Source: Chiloscyllium plagiosum
Taxonomy: Eukaryota
Length of the DNA stretch: 64,000 bases
Direction: 5' to 3'
Assembly (NCBI RefSeq): GCF_004010195.1
Contig: NC_057719.1
Span: forward strand, 92,560,037-92,624,036
Shown: piece after piece, positions 36,139 through 49,965 of the stretch
Layout of the letters: each line of letters opens with the position of its first letter
Position numbering within the stretch: the stretch's first letter is position 1
The notes under the pieces: model-generated
What the model was told of the DNA's origin: nothing
The model's database searches: none
The model's input: the letters and a program-made list of their open reading frames with translations, nothing else
Position numbers and translations under genes: made by a program

Positions 36139-38310
36139 GTAAAGCATTATAATGAGAAGGGACATTTATTTATATATTGGAATAAATGTGTAGCGTTGTT
36201 GTACAGAGGGTACTACACCTAAAATTTATTCTCACAGATGTGACTGATATAAATATCTTCCTACATCCATCTACATAGGTAAGAGTAAAGACATGAATAG
36301 TCTGGTGTATTGATTGATGCTGCAAGTAAAAATTAAGTCTCGGGCATATCATTGGTTATTGCACAACTGTCAGCAGCAAAAATAATTGAAGAAAGAAATC
36401 TTATGGAACCAACGACAGAGATCATATTTGAGCAGCATTTATTAAAAGTGTTTCACGATGCCCTTTCGACCAAAACTGGCCAGAATTGTTTTCGGAATTA
36501 ATGGAATAATTTGATCCTTACTATTGCTTTGGTATCCTCATGATACGTTGTCAATATGATTTACACTTTGCTGTTCTCTTAACAATATTATCTTGGGTGA
36601 AATTTCGCAATATTGTCAATAAAAAACTTTCTCCGAGCCCATTCTCATCCTACTTAATCCTTTCTAGTGGATAGATATGACAGTGTTACCAAATCAAATG
36701 TAATCGTGTCAATGTTGCTCTTCTATTGTACGATGACGTAGTTTAATTATTTTATTAATACTGCCACTGCACCTGGATTCTCAAAGATTAAATAAAGTTC
36801 TACTGCACTATTCATTCTGTCATTGCAGGTAAATATTGCACTGTTAGCATTTTAAAGTATATTTGGTTATGAAGTTGTTATGCTAAAGTAGATCAATTAT
36901 CACACTTTAATCACAGGGCATATGTAACTGGTGTTATTAACGTTGCTGCTAGGGACAGATTTTCTGACTAGAATCAATTTTTTGGTTGCTGTAGCTCTCT
37001 TTTGTTGGTAATACTGCAACTTCAGATGAGTCATTAGGTTAGCACCAAGGATTAGATGCTATTTTCTGATACTTTAACCTTTTTTACAGTGGTGAATCAG
37101 AAAACTGACTGTGTACCTGTATCTGTTATGTCTTGTTGAGTATGAATAATTTCACAGACGATTCACAGATTTTGATAATTTGACTAATCAACTGTTAGCT
37201 GCAACGAGGGAGTTTTAAAAAGGGCCAATATGAGGTAATTAGGAATTCGATTCCTGTACTTAATGCTCATTCTGTGAATGGATTGATATTCAGTTTGGAC
37301 GCCCAGAATCTCAGGTCTAACTCAATTCAATAAGATAACTGTCTTCCACCTTTGTTGCTGATGCTGGTTTTGAATGATGATGACAATATCTATGATTTTG
37401 TTTCCACTTCTAGCACAATCAATATCAATGGTTGGTACATTCTTTACCCTCACTTCTCCTCTAAGCTGAGCTCGGAAAACAATCAGTAAATCACTTATGC
37501 GAAAAATAACTTTTAGATTTAATGCAAACTTTGTCACGGAGCACACATATCGCCCAACATCACAAAGCAGAACCAAATGAATTGTTGTGAATTGCAATAA
37601 CTGCAGAACCTGTGCCTTGTAGCTGTAGGATGGTAGAAGAGGTTTGTCGAAGTAACAACAATCATTCTGGTCAATTGAGCAAAACAATAGATCGCAGGCA
37701 ATTAACAGGTAAATCTGAAATGACTATTGTATGGCCATCAAAACGTCTCCACAAATTCACAAAGGATAAAATTTTATTTGTATCTAACTGTTCTGAGAGA
37801 ATAATTTTGTAAAAGATTATATTCACAGCAATTCAATATATGGTTGTTTCTAATTGTTCTCAGTAGCATATAGTTGGTTGGAAATGGAAGTTTAGATCCC
37901 ATCTTTCTTTGAGTTTCCATTCTTATTTTTCTTTCTTAAATATCATTTGCAGTTTCTGCACTGGTGCTCCTAACTTGTTTCCAACGTGCTTCTGATTTAC
38001 TACATAATCAACAATTTCAACATTTTTATGATAATCCACATTCAAAGCTCAGTATTATTCTCTATTGATAATCAGTGTAATTATTAGAAACATAGAACCG
38101 AGTACCCATGAGTCCATTGATACTCTCCAACTCAACTTCAGAATCAATAAATGACTCACTCATTCAACCAAAGTACACTGTACTGCTTTCATTAGAGTGA
38201 AGCTGATCAAACAGGTCTCTGACTAAATGACATTTTCTTTTTCATGTTCTATCAATTTCTCATTCATGCTTCTCATAGTGTCTGTCTCTCTCTCTGTTTG
38301 TATGTTGCAG

Positions 38311-39242
38311 CTAACATTTCAGTGATTTTAATCCTTTCACGAGGAAAATGCGGTCTCTCAAGATGTATCACTGAATACCTGGTGTCCATGGCAGTGGCGG
38401 ATTTTTTGGTTATTCTCCTAGCTGTGATACTAAACAGGATTGCTGGTATTTATTTCCTAAAAAGTTTTCTGTCCATCACACCAGTATGTAGTCTCCGTTC
38501 CACTTTAATTTATGCCTCCATCGACATTTCTGTCTGGTTAACAGTTGCATTCACATTTGATCGATTTGTTGCCATTTGCTGCCAGAAGCTAAAAATAAAA
38601 TACTGCACTGTGAAAAGGGCAAGGCTGATAATAGGAATGATTTCAACATTGAGTTGCTTAAAAATTTCGCTGTTGTATTTTATATATGAACCTTTGTACA
38701 TAATTGACAATGTACCATGGTTCTGTAGTGTGAAATCAATATTTTATACATCATGGGCCTGGGTCACATATGATTGGTTTCATCGCATTTTAACCCCTTG
38801 CCTCCCATTTATTCTAATTTTGTTACTAAATGTTTTGACTGTCAGGTGCATTCTTGTAACCAGTAGAGCCCGTAGGAGACTCCGGCTCCAGAACAATGAA
38901 AATACTCATAGTGACCCAGAAATGGACAGTCGAAAAAGGTCCATTGTATTGCTCTTTGCCATCTCGGGAAGTTTCATTTTGTTCTACTCTCTGTATTTTG
39001 TCACATTTCTTTATGTTAGAATTGCCAGACTAACTTATTTCTCAGGTTCAAATTATACTGATTCAAACTTCATTCTGGAGGAAACAGGGTTCATGCTTCA
39101 GCTTTTGAGTTCCTGTATTAATCCATTTATTTATGCAGGAACCCAGAGTAAATTCAGAGCAGAGTTAAAAAACGGAATAAAATTCCCTGTAAGTATTATT
39201 GTTAAGTTATACAAACGAAAAAAATTACAAAATTTAACGTGA
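38311..39242 (+). CDS. GPR139/GPR142-like class A GPCR, coding exon 2 (333 aa in total)
   Basis: Polypyrimidine tract plus ttgcag acceptor. Open frame with MAVADF (TM2), FTFDRFVAIC (TM3), PCLPFILILLLN (TM5), KRSIVLL (TM6), SSCINPFIY (TM7). AATAAA at 39374. Confidence 0.95.
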
Positions 39243-40025
39243 TGTTTCCTTAATGTACCATTCACCACTCTTCGTGAGCTTACACGTTTTCTCTCATATA
39301 CATAGCTGGTCACTTTGAGATTTGTATAAGTGCAAAGTTTATAAAGAACACTGCATCAACTCAAAATACAATGAATAAATATTTCCAAATAACATGTCCA
39401 TTTGTATTGACTCATGTCTGGCTACATTCTCATCATCTTCCAGAAAAAAAAGGAGTGAACTAATCTTCAAAACATAGAGAGACACTAGCTGTCTTGTATT
39501 TACATTTCACAGTTCAATGAAGAAACCTGAATAATTATTATACATATGATTTGAATTCTAATAGTACTATAGACTCTTTGGTGGAAATGTGTAAATTTAT
39601 GCATTCTTCTCCTCTAATTATCCATCTCATTCTGCCACATTCCTATGTTCATATTCAAACAAACAGAACGATTGCTGGAATTAAATATAAACTACCACCT
39701 AGTATCTTCTCCAAATTTCAAATTGATCAATTATAAAAATCACCAACCCTTGTGTAAACTAAGTAAGAGATACAACCAATAAGCATCCATTAAAAGCACA
39801 AATTACAGGAGAACATTATCTTCATGATGCATTATGAACCATTGCATCATCTTTTTACCTGGGTGGCTTTAAACTTTGAGATATGTAATTGCTTTTGTTT
39901 TGTCGAATCACTGCAATTATCTTCGGCTAGTTAAGCCATAAATATGCAGCGATGAAACAAGAAAGTTATCACAAATGTAGTGTTCTTAAAGCCATGAACT
40001 GAATTCACTTGTTTCTCTGATGCAG

Positions 40026-40955
40026 TGTTGCAAATATCCATTGCATGCATAATACGTTTTAAACTGTTGCTCCAGGGATTCGTCTAGCATGCATTGTAAG
40101 AATAGTCATTACTGAGATAAGACAGCGACATGGTTAACTGTGAAGGCAGTCAGCATCACAGAGGGGACCGGGCAAAATGATGAAACTGTGGCAAGCAGAC
40201 AACAGTATTGAGAGGGGCGTATTAAGTGATGACCTCAGTCAGTGTCACTGAGTCGAGCGGGTATACACAATGATATACAGATAGGCAAACTAACTGAAGA
40301 CCTGCGTGGTATTCTTGTATAAACCTGAAAAGAAAACATTTCCTACTTATGCTTAGGTAAGAATACATTAAAAGCAAAGATTAATATCTCTTTAATTGAA
40401 GCATGTTTGGGGAAACTCGTGCTAGTTATTTGCACATCCTGCACAATGTTGGAAATTCTAGGTGCTCCTGTAACCAGGATAACCATGCGTGTAGGAGATG
40501 CTTTCAGGTAGAGCGCTCGGGTATTTAGCTTGAGAGGTAGCCGGGGCACAGATCCAAGAAATCAGTAAAAACTACGTATCAAAGGTACCTTTCCACATGA
40601 AAGGCATTCACAGTAAAAAGAAAGAAGACGTCCCAGGGTGATCTTTAGCCAGCAGAAGACAGACAACAAAGATGACAGCTGCTGTGTGGATTTGAAATGA
40701 AGTCAATTTAACTTTAGTAAGTTCTTATTTGAACAGTATATTGTTACAGATTTGGAGGCAGGCAATATGCAGATAAGAGAGAGGGTGGCTTGGAGTTATG
40801 AACAGTTGTTGTTTAATCCTCACTTTTGCAATTAAAGAATAAATTGTTTTTTTGGGAGTTCTCAGTCACTTAAGTTTTAACAGATAACAAGGCGAGTTGA
40901 GGTTTTCTGGGTGTTTGGTATAATTAGCAGAACAGTTCACTGCTGCGTTGTAACA
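40026..40955 (+). repeat. Possible solo LTR
   Basis: TGTTGCAA...TTGTAACA termini (7/8 inverted match), flanks GCAG/ACAG, AATAAA at ~40838. Confidence 0.35.
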
Positions 40956-40989
40956 ACAGTTGGAAAAGGAGAATGGAAGAACAGGAAAC

Positions 40990-43900
40990 TCAAAAAATCT
41001 TGGGGATAATTGTGTTAGAATCAGATAACAAATGCTGACGCACAGATGCAGCATGTAATCAGGAAGGCTAGCAAAATGTTGATGCTTATTTCGACGTTTC
41101 GTGCCTCAGAATAGAGATTTACTGCAACTATGCAGGGTTCTGGAGAACTGAACGATTTTGATCTCCTTATTTAAAAAAAATATAATTTCATTGTGGGCAG
41201 TTCTGTGAAGCTTCATGAGGATGATCGCCAGTGTTTGCCAGCAAATCTGCTCTGCCATTCGATCATGACCGATGTGTTTCTTACTCTCATTGACTTGCCT
41301 TCTCCTGTAAACCTTGATTACTCTATTATCAAGGTTTGTCTTAAAAAAAAGCACTGAAATACCTGATCCACAACTACTTGCAGCAATAACTTCCACAGAT
41401 TCACCATCCTCTGACTGAAGAAATTCCTTTACATTATCGTTCCTTTGGATTAACCCTTCAGTCTGACGCTATGCTCTCAGTTCTCTTCTCTCCTATGAGT
41501 GGGAAAATCTTCTCATGCCTAATCTATCCAGACATGTCAATAATCCCTAAGGGTCAATAAGAACCGACTTCATTCTCCTCAACTCCACCAAATACAGACC
41601 CAAAATTTTCTCTGCACCTTATTTGACAAGTCCTTCATTATGAGGTCTGTACTTGTGAAACTACTCTGGAACACAATTAAGACAAACAAATGCTTCCTTT
41701 GATGCGGGGGTGGGGTGGGGTGGGGGGCAAAACTGTCTAAACATTCTAAAAACAGTCTGACCGAAGCTTTTGACAGCCCCAATAGTACATTCCTGCTCTT
41801 GCCAAGGAATCATAGAATCATACAGCACAGCAGCAGACCATTTGGTCCAACCCCTTCCATGGTGAATGTGAACATTCCATTTACCTTCCTGACTGCTTAC
41901 TAAACCTGCACTTTGACCTGCACTTTAACCGGAAGAGAATTCTGAACTATGTACATTTATTCTTCAGATTTCCAAAGCCTTTATCCACTCAGAAAAGAGT
42001 CTACACCTCTAGTCTTCCTACCAAAGAGCATAACCTCACACTTTCTCACGTTTTGTTCCATCTGCCACTTTTTTGCCCACTCTGTTGGCTTGTCCATATC
42101 TTCGCTGAAAATGTGTTGCTGGAAAAGCGCAGCAGGTCAGGCAGCATCCAGGGAAACGGAGAATCGACGTTTCGGGCATAAGCCCTTCTTCAGGAATGAG
42201 GAAAGTTTGTCCAGCAGGCTAAGATAAAAGGTAGGGAGGAGGGACTTGGGGAGGGGCGTCGGAAATGTGATAGGTGGAAAGATGTCAAGGTGAGGGTGAT
42301 AGGTCAGACTGGGGTGGGGGCGGAGAGGTCAGGAAGAAGATTGCAGGTTAGGAAGGCGGTGCTGAATTCTATGGATTTGACTGAGACAAGGTGGGGGGAG
42401 GGGAAATGAGGAAACTGGTGAAATCCGAGTTCATCCCTTGTGGTTGGTGCAGCCTTCGCACATACTCAATATTACCTGTCCTTCTTCAAATCATTGTGTC
42501 CTCTACAAACCTAATAATAGCTTCTGCATTTCAGTTGTTCAGATTGTTAATGAGTAACACAAATAGAATATTTGTTGTGTCAATATTCACCTCTGTGCAA
42601 CTCCACTAGTCACTGCTACCATGCAGAAAAAATGCATTTTTTCCCCACGCTGTGTCTTCTGCTACTCAGCTAACCCTGTACCCATGTCATCACCTTGCCC
42701 AAGCGCCATGGGCTCTTCCATGATTTAACAATATGCGATAACTCGTCAAAGGCTTTCTGGAAATATAAGTAAATCACGATCATTGGCTCTCCTTTGTTAC
42801 CTTTGCTCGTTACCTACTCGAATTGTTCTAACAAGTTTGTCAGGCATGACCTTGCTTGAAGAAACGATGCTGACTCAGCCTATTTTAACATGTACTGCAA
42901 GTATTCCAGAAGGTCATCATTAATAATGCACTCTAAAATCTTTCCAACGCCCGACGGCAGGCTGACCAGTCTATAATTTCCCGTTTTCTACCTCTCTCTC
43001 TACTTGAACACTAAAATTATCTTAGTCATTTCCAGCACTGCTCCAGCCATTTCTCTTAAATCAACATTTTATGTATTATGGCATGTGGCCGTAATAGGGA
43101 ACTATTTAATGAGAATAAAAATAGTTTGGTACTCTACTCATTGGCGTTTAGAAGCACGAGAGATCATCTCTTTGACACAAAGGAGAATTTTAAGCAGCTT
43201 GACAGTGTAAATACTGAGAGGTGATGAGAGAGTCTAAGCCCAGATGGCGTGATCTCATTGATAAAGGACATCAATTTCAGACTGAGATGCAGAGGAATTT
43301 CCTCTCTCTAACAATTGTGAGACTTTGAAACTCCTAACTCCACATCAGTGTATTGGCTGAGTCATTGTGTATATTTAAGGCTGAGATCGATATTTCACTG
43401 ACAAGTAGGGAATCAAAGGTTGTGGGGAAAGGATACCAAAGTCGAAGTGAGCATTGTCAAGGAAACTACAACAACAGTAGAATGGTGGAGCCCACCTGGA
43501 AGGCCAACCGTTCGACAGCTGTTTCTACTTCTTATGATCTTGTACTCTTAATGGTGCACAGGAGTTTTACCACGATGTGACCTGGATTGGAGAATTTGTT
43601 TATGAAGAGAGACTGGGTAGCCAGGAGTTGTTTTCCTTCATCGAAGTAGACTTGAGTGAGATATATAAAATTATGAGGGTCGAGGACAAAGTAGACAGGA
43701 AGAAACCATTCCCTTTGATAGAGGATCAATGACAAGAAGACGGATTTAAGGAAAGCAGCATGAGCTTTAGATGGAATGTAGGGAAACTATTTTCCACCAA
43801 GAGTGGCGAAAACCCGGATATCATTGCCAATGAAGGTGTTCAGGACATAAACCCTGGGAATATTCAAGAAACACCAAGACATGCTATGCAATAAGGCATG

Positions 43901-44000
43901 CAAGCTACTGGGAAAGTGTTGTAAAAGGGGATTAGAATATTTAAATGATTGATTTTGACTGGAACAGCCTCGATAGTTCACATTCTCTGCTGTAGAACTC
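40990..44000. mobile_element. Cluster of old CR1 fragments in both orientations
   Basis: CR1 RT and 3' UTR motifs on minus (41225-43030) and plus (40990-41220, 43200-43540, 43550-44000). Confidence 0.65.
42104..42447 (-). mobile_element. Young Penelope terminal-repeat fragment with hammerhead motif (42162-42197)
   Basis: Near-identical to 8168-8458, with an intact CTGAAGA...GAAAC-GTC core. Confidence 0.88.
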
Positions 44001-44199
44001 TATAAGTGTGAACACAAGAAGAAACTGACATAAAGAGAGAGAGAGTGCACTGAAGGGCTTTGAAGACTTAAAATGAATTTCCATCTTTGGTAGGAGTAGA
44101 CACAGCAACTGTATGATGGCCCTCTGTGCCGTAAATGTCCATGAGTCCATGAAAATACTGTCATCGAATATTTTGCTGTTGTCGCCACAGCATATCTGT

Positions 44200-46772
44200 A
44201 ATGTGCTCAGGAGGTGAGAGAGAGGCGGGTAAAACTGTCCCAGCTCCAGGAAAGTATGCAGAACCGGCTCCTGCTGCAGATGATGGGGTCGATGTCATGG
44301 AGGACCTCCAGGAGGTGAAGGGCCAGCAAGCCTCGCTCTTTGCCTCAGAGGCCTTCAAGATAATCTTCCGGTCCAGGACGAGACGTGCTCACGTTTCTTC
44401 TTCCAGAAGGTGCACAAAGAGAGCTCCGTGCTCAGCAGCCTGAAGGAAGAAGATGGCTCGATAACGTCATCTCAGGCTGACATCATGAGGATCAGCAAAT
44501 CCTTCTATGTCAGTCTGTACAACTCGAAGCCGACCGACAGTACGGTCTCCCAGTTGTTCCTGTCGTCTATCACAGAGGTCTTAGACGACAGAACATGGGA
44601 GAGGCTGGACCAGCTGCTATCTATGAGGACCTGACCAAGGCTCTCGAGTCCTTCAAAAAGAATAAAATTCCCGGAAGCAATTGCTTACCGGTCGAGCTCT
44701 ATTCTGCTCTGTGGGACTTGATTGGCCAGGAGTGCATCCATGAGGAAAGGCATCATTACCCTTATCTACAAACAGAAGGGGGAGAGGGAGGAAATCAAAA
44801 ATAGGAGACCAATTTAATCTTGTCAAAGGTTATCCCAAACGGGTCAGGTCTGCTCTGGGGTCGGTGATTCATCCTGACTAAACCTGTGCTGTAGAGGGCA
44901 GGAAGATTGCTGAGAATCTCGCACTCCTCAGGGATACGATTACCTACGTGCAGGAAAGGGGGAGGGACACCTGCCTCATCAGCCTGCACCAGGAGAAAGC
45001 CTTTGACAGGATATTGCATACGTATATGAGAGATGTTCTCTCCAAAATGGGCTTTGGGGAGGGAATCTGTAATTGGATCAGACTGCTCTACGAGAGAAAG
45101 TGAGGACTGCAGATGCTGGAGATCAGAGCTGAAAATGTGTTGCTGGAAAAGCGCAGCAGGTCAGGCAGCATCCAAGGAAACTGTCCCAACTCCAGGAAAG
45201 TATGCAGAACCGGCTCCTGCTGCAGATGATGGGGTCGATGTCATGGAGGACCTCCAGGAGGTGAAGGGCCAGCAAGCCTCGCTCTTTGCCTCAGAGGCCT
45301 TCAAGATAATCTTCCGGTCCAGGACGAGACGTGCTCACGTTTCTTCTTCCAGAAGGTGCACAAAGAGAGCTCCGTGCTCAGCAGCCTGAAGGAAGAAGAT
45401 GGCTCGATAACGTCATCTCAGGCTGACATCATGAGGATCAGCAAATCCTTCTATGTCAGTCTGTACAACTCGAAGCTGACCGACAGTACGGTCTCCCAGT
45501 TGTTCCTGTCATCTATCAGATGGAAGCTACGGTCGCTCTCCAAAACCTGGTCATCAGCTGTGACACACTATCAGTGCTGTTATGTGTGGCACAGGTCTGG
45601 CCTGGTGTCAGCACCTGAGCCGTTGCAGTCACTCGGGCCATCTTCCATCTATGTGAAGATCAAAGATGGACTGGCTCCGAAGGGACTCGATGTACAACGA
45701 TCTGGACAACGGGGGAAAAACACACTCAATGCCACCCTCACCTGATGGCCACCTTTGTGTGTGGCTGCATCAAGCTGTGCGTGGATCCCTGGTACGCAAA
45801 CACCAAGTGTCACGACATACCGAGATTCTACCTGTGAAGGATGGGCCTGACCTCGCTGCAAGTGGAACACTTCAAGTAGTTGGACCGTTCTGTATCACCT
45901 GTCCTGCGTGGAGAAATTTATGAAGAAAAACACCTTTGACCACAAGTCCATCAGGAAGTGTTCAGCACGTAGTGTCCTTGATACCCTTCAGGAAAAGGAG
46001 AGGGCGGATCTTGTCAAGTGGTTTCCTGGGCAGACTGTCAAAGTCATTTGGCAGAATGCCTCATCACCAGAACTTTCCAACAAGCACCAAGACATGGCTT
46101 GGCTGGTGATGACGAGGGCTCTGCGTGTGAGATCCTTTATGCACGCCCGGACTCTCTGCCGCACTGCATGCTGCCCTTGAAGCGGCTGTGAAGGGGAGGA
46201 GACTGTCACACACCTCCTTCTGGAATGTGCCTATGCAACGGAAGTCTGGAGACTAATGCAGTGGTGTTTGTCGAGGTTCATCTCGAGCAGCTCCATGACA
46301 TGGGACTCCGTGCTCTACAGTCTGTTCCCTGGGATGCACACCGAGATGAACATCAACTGTGCCTGGAGGGCCATCAACTCGGTCAAAGATGCTCTTTGCT
46401 CTGTCCAAAACCAGTTAATCTTCCAGCTGAAGGAGCTGACCCCAACTTAGTGTTGCGGACTGGCACATTTCAAGGTCCAGGACTATGTTTTAAGGGACAC
46501 GCTGTAGCTTGGGGCAGCTGCCGCCAAGTCGCAGTGGGGAAAGACCACTGTGTAATGTCTTTATGTCAAAGCAGAACAGGAGGCCCACTCGGTAAGTGGG
46601 CTCCACTGAAGCCTCAGCTCAATATATGGATGGTAAATGTACAGACCTGTATATATGAATGATTCATTCTGATCTCTGTATGTAAATAAATGCAAGGTGC
46701 GCCTATGAATGACACCAATTGTACAGATCATCAAAATATTTTATGAATAAAGTATATTTTTGAAATAAAAAA
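44200..46772 (+). mobile_element. L1/Tx1-clade LINE, 5' truncated and internally rearranged
   Basis: KIPGSNCLPVELY; ISLHQEKAFDRI; WIRLLY; C-terminal CP..CEGEETVTHLLLEC zinc motif; AATAAA plus A tail at ~46765. Confidence 0.88.
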
Positions 46773-49132
46773 AAGTTATGCAGCATTCAAATATCATAGC
46801 TGAAATATTGTTCTATGGCATTACAGCAGTCCATCCTTTGTATTGCAGTGGATTCTCGTTCCCACTTTCAACCTGAAAACCTGGAGAATAAAGTAATCTC
46901 TAAATTTACTGACCCAGTGGTGAGAATTAAAGAGGCTTTATTTGCGACAGAGTGTGAAATGTTCCAACGTCTTTCAAATTCCAGAACATTGACAGGTCGC
47001 GTCAGTGTTAATTGGATCTCTGCAAACCAAATTTATATTTTCTTTAAACTCAACATCATTGATATTCTCAGAAAAAAATAAATTGTGAAACCCAATTATT
47101 AAACCAAGTACCTTTCTCCCAAGAAACGCTAACTTTTTTTAACAGTAGACCAATTTTTGTATTCTTGGAGTTACATGAAAGCAGCTAATATGCTAGTTTG
47201 TTTACAATAAAAGACATCTTAACATTTTTTTTCCAAATTTGATTAATTCCAAGCTATGATATACGGACATTATTGTTAAGTTGTCCTTTTGCGGTGACGG
47301 CAGATAAAATACTATGTTTCTGGCCTCATATTGCTATATCTACAATTTTGTTCTGTAAACAATTAATACTTATTTTAGAGTGTTTCCTTTCATTTTAGTA
47401 TGCTTATGTATGTTTTTATACCGAGCTTTCTCCTTTCTAGTACAATGTTCGCATCATTTAGTTTGTTCTACATCAATTGGTTGCTATTTTGCTGGTATTA
47501 GTTCCACGCATACCCCATTTTCTGGTTCAGCACGCCTTTTTCATACAATGCACTTTCACTGAAACTACTCTATTCACAGTCGGCTGCCAGTGCATTTTTT
47601 TACTGAATAGCCAATCAATTTATTGCAGACCATAAATAAACAAATTATGTTACACTAGACAAGAAAGTCAGAAAAGTGGTTTATTTCTGACTCAGTCGTA
47701 CCTTTACAGTACAGCTTGAGAAAAAAAAAACATCCCTAACTTTACGCAAAAAAGCTTGCTTGTTTGGTATGTCAGTATGAGGTTCCTTTCAGAAAATTTC
47801 TGCGCATTCTCTTAGTGTTATTTCCACCCCGTTATGGAGTCTCTTTCTTGCTATGTCTCTGATTCACGCCAGTTTCAATTTTATTTCGATACTTGACACC
47901 ACAATTGGTAAATGACACCTGAGTAGCAACGGTGGCAACTTTTCTTTTTGACTGAATCGTCAGATTTAGTTTCATTTGTGACAACGAACCATTTCCTGAA
48001 TATCCTGAGGAGACTCGTTTCACTGATAAAGGTTTGAATTAGAATTAGCTGCAAGTTATTTTGGGCTAACATTTATGATGGTACTTCCCAACAATCTCCT
48101 CATGATTGATGTCATAAATACTGCGTGTGAATTGGGCTGAATTGGAAAGTCGCATTTCTTCTGGAGGACTAACCTAGGCATTTTTTTTTCCTTTGAAAGA
48201 AGATGTTGTACAGGGCGTTCTGGCATAACGCGACAGCTACATTCTGCTGCAACCTCGTGCTATTGGAAATCACCCTATGAAAATCATTATCGTTGAGCGG
48301 AAGGTTTGTGTTATCCGAACAACACCCACAATTCGTCAGTCCTGTTATAGCCAATTCGTATTGAAAAGAAGTGCCTCATAACAGAACTACCTATATTAGT
48401 ACTATCAGTTGAATTTGTTCCTGGCACACAAGCTTTAATTACTGCTAAACAAACATAAGAGCCGATCTTTTAAAAAAAATATTACATTTGCTGTTTTTTT
48501 AAATAAGTGGATTGATTGGAATTGGTTAATGATTGTAATCTGTGATGTCATAACCCTCAAAAGCAAGCAGACGAATATGGTATGATAGTTTGACATGAGC
48601 ACAGCTAATCTATTATTTCACCTCGAATGGTTATAAAAGAGTATTGGATGGTGATAAGCGAGGACAGAAGCGGATAGTTAATGCATTTCTTCCATTTTCA
48701 ATCGAATGCATTCTTCGACTTGTCAAAAGTGATTGTCAGACAGTGAATTAGCAGGAACAGAAAATCCCTGCTTAATTCTGAATTGACAGGAGACAAAAAT
48801 ATTGATTGTGGAAATCTGTTGGTATAATATACATTTACATATACAACTGTCAATAATATTACAGTTGTTTATAAATTCTGATGGGTGTTGGGCGGAGACA
48901 ATTAGAAATATATTTTGTTTCAGGAAGGAAAAGAAAAAGACCAAAGCTGGACAGGAAGAATACAAAGTCACATGGCTGACCAGTTTCATTCCAGAGGAGG
49001 TAGACATTCTTGACTGAAGTATTCAAATATTTTTGAAAATTCAACAATGAGAGGTTCGAAGTTCTTAAGAAGATTTGTAGAGCAGGTTGTGGATGACGTT
49101 GTTGCCTTTCTCACTGAGCTGATAATTTTGTT

Positions 49133-49174
49133 TGCAGACGTTTCATCACGATACTAGGTAGCAACATCAGTGCA
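49133..49174 (-). ncRNA. Degenerate minimal hammerhead motif, second family
   Basis: TGCA-CTGATGT-TGCTACC-TAGTAT-CGTGAT-GAAAC-GTC-TGCA (A9 replaced by T). Confidence 0.6.
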
Positions 49175-49965
49175 CCTACCGTGAAGTATTGGTATGCTGC
49201 ACTGCTTGCTATTTATATGTCCTGGTTTACTGAGGTGGGTGGTATCATTTGCGCTTTTCATTCTTAGTGGTTGGTATATGAGTCTAGCTCTACATGTTTC
49301 TTAGTGGAGTCTTCCTGTTGTGGTCTGTTGTTTAGATACCGGCAGAGTATGCATTTTGGATAACGTTGTTTTAGAAGATGTCATGTGGTGTTCTTCAACT
49401 TTGCACAGCTCTGGGATGCTGCATTATGTCACAGCTTGCTTAAGCAATGTATCTGGTACAGCTCAGTGTGTTGGTGTTGAGATGGTTGCTGATGTAGTTG
49501 GGCACATAAGCTGTTTAGGTTGCCTTCCCGTATACTGAAGCTTACCGTTGATCTTGGATTTGACCATTACGTCCAGTAAGGGAAGTCCATCCTTGTTCTT
49601 TCTTCCTTAGTGAATCGTATGTTGGTCAGGTTTTGTTTATGAGTTGATGGTATCTCTTTCCCAGTTGAGCACGTTTAGTATTGATGAAAGAGTCATCCAT
49701 ATAGTGAATCAAAGTTTAGGCTGGATAGTGAGAAGGGGCATCCTTTCTGGACTTCACATTACAGTTTCCACTATTAATCCTGATTTCCATAATTCCATGC
49801 ATGTTAATTTGATTTGTCTGTGAATCTGGCCGTTGAAGATGAAATGGGTTGTGAAGGACAGATTCAAGTAGTTTCAGGGTGCTGTTCTGACTGATGGTTT
49901 TTTTGTGTAGGTTGAGGAGAGCCCATCCCCCACCCCCCCCCCCCCCCCCACCTCATCTTCGCCGC

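Noticed and set aside
38244..38310. ATG at 38244 as the GPCR start codon
   Set aside because: It lies in the intron upstream of the polypyrimidine tract. The TM1 start is supplied by exon 1 at 36069.
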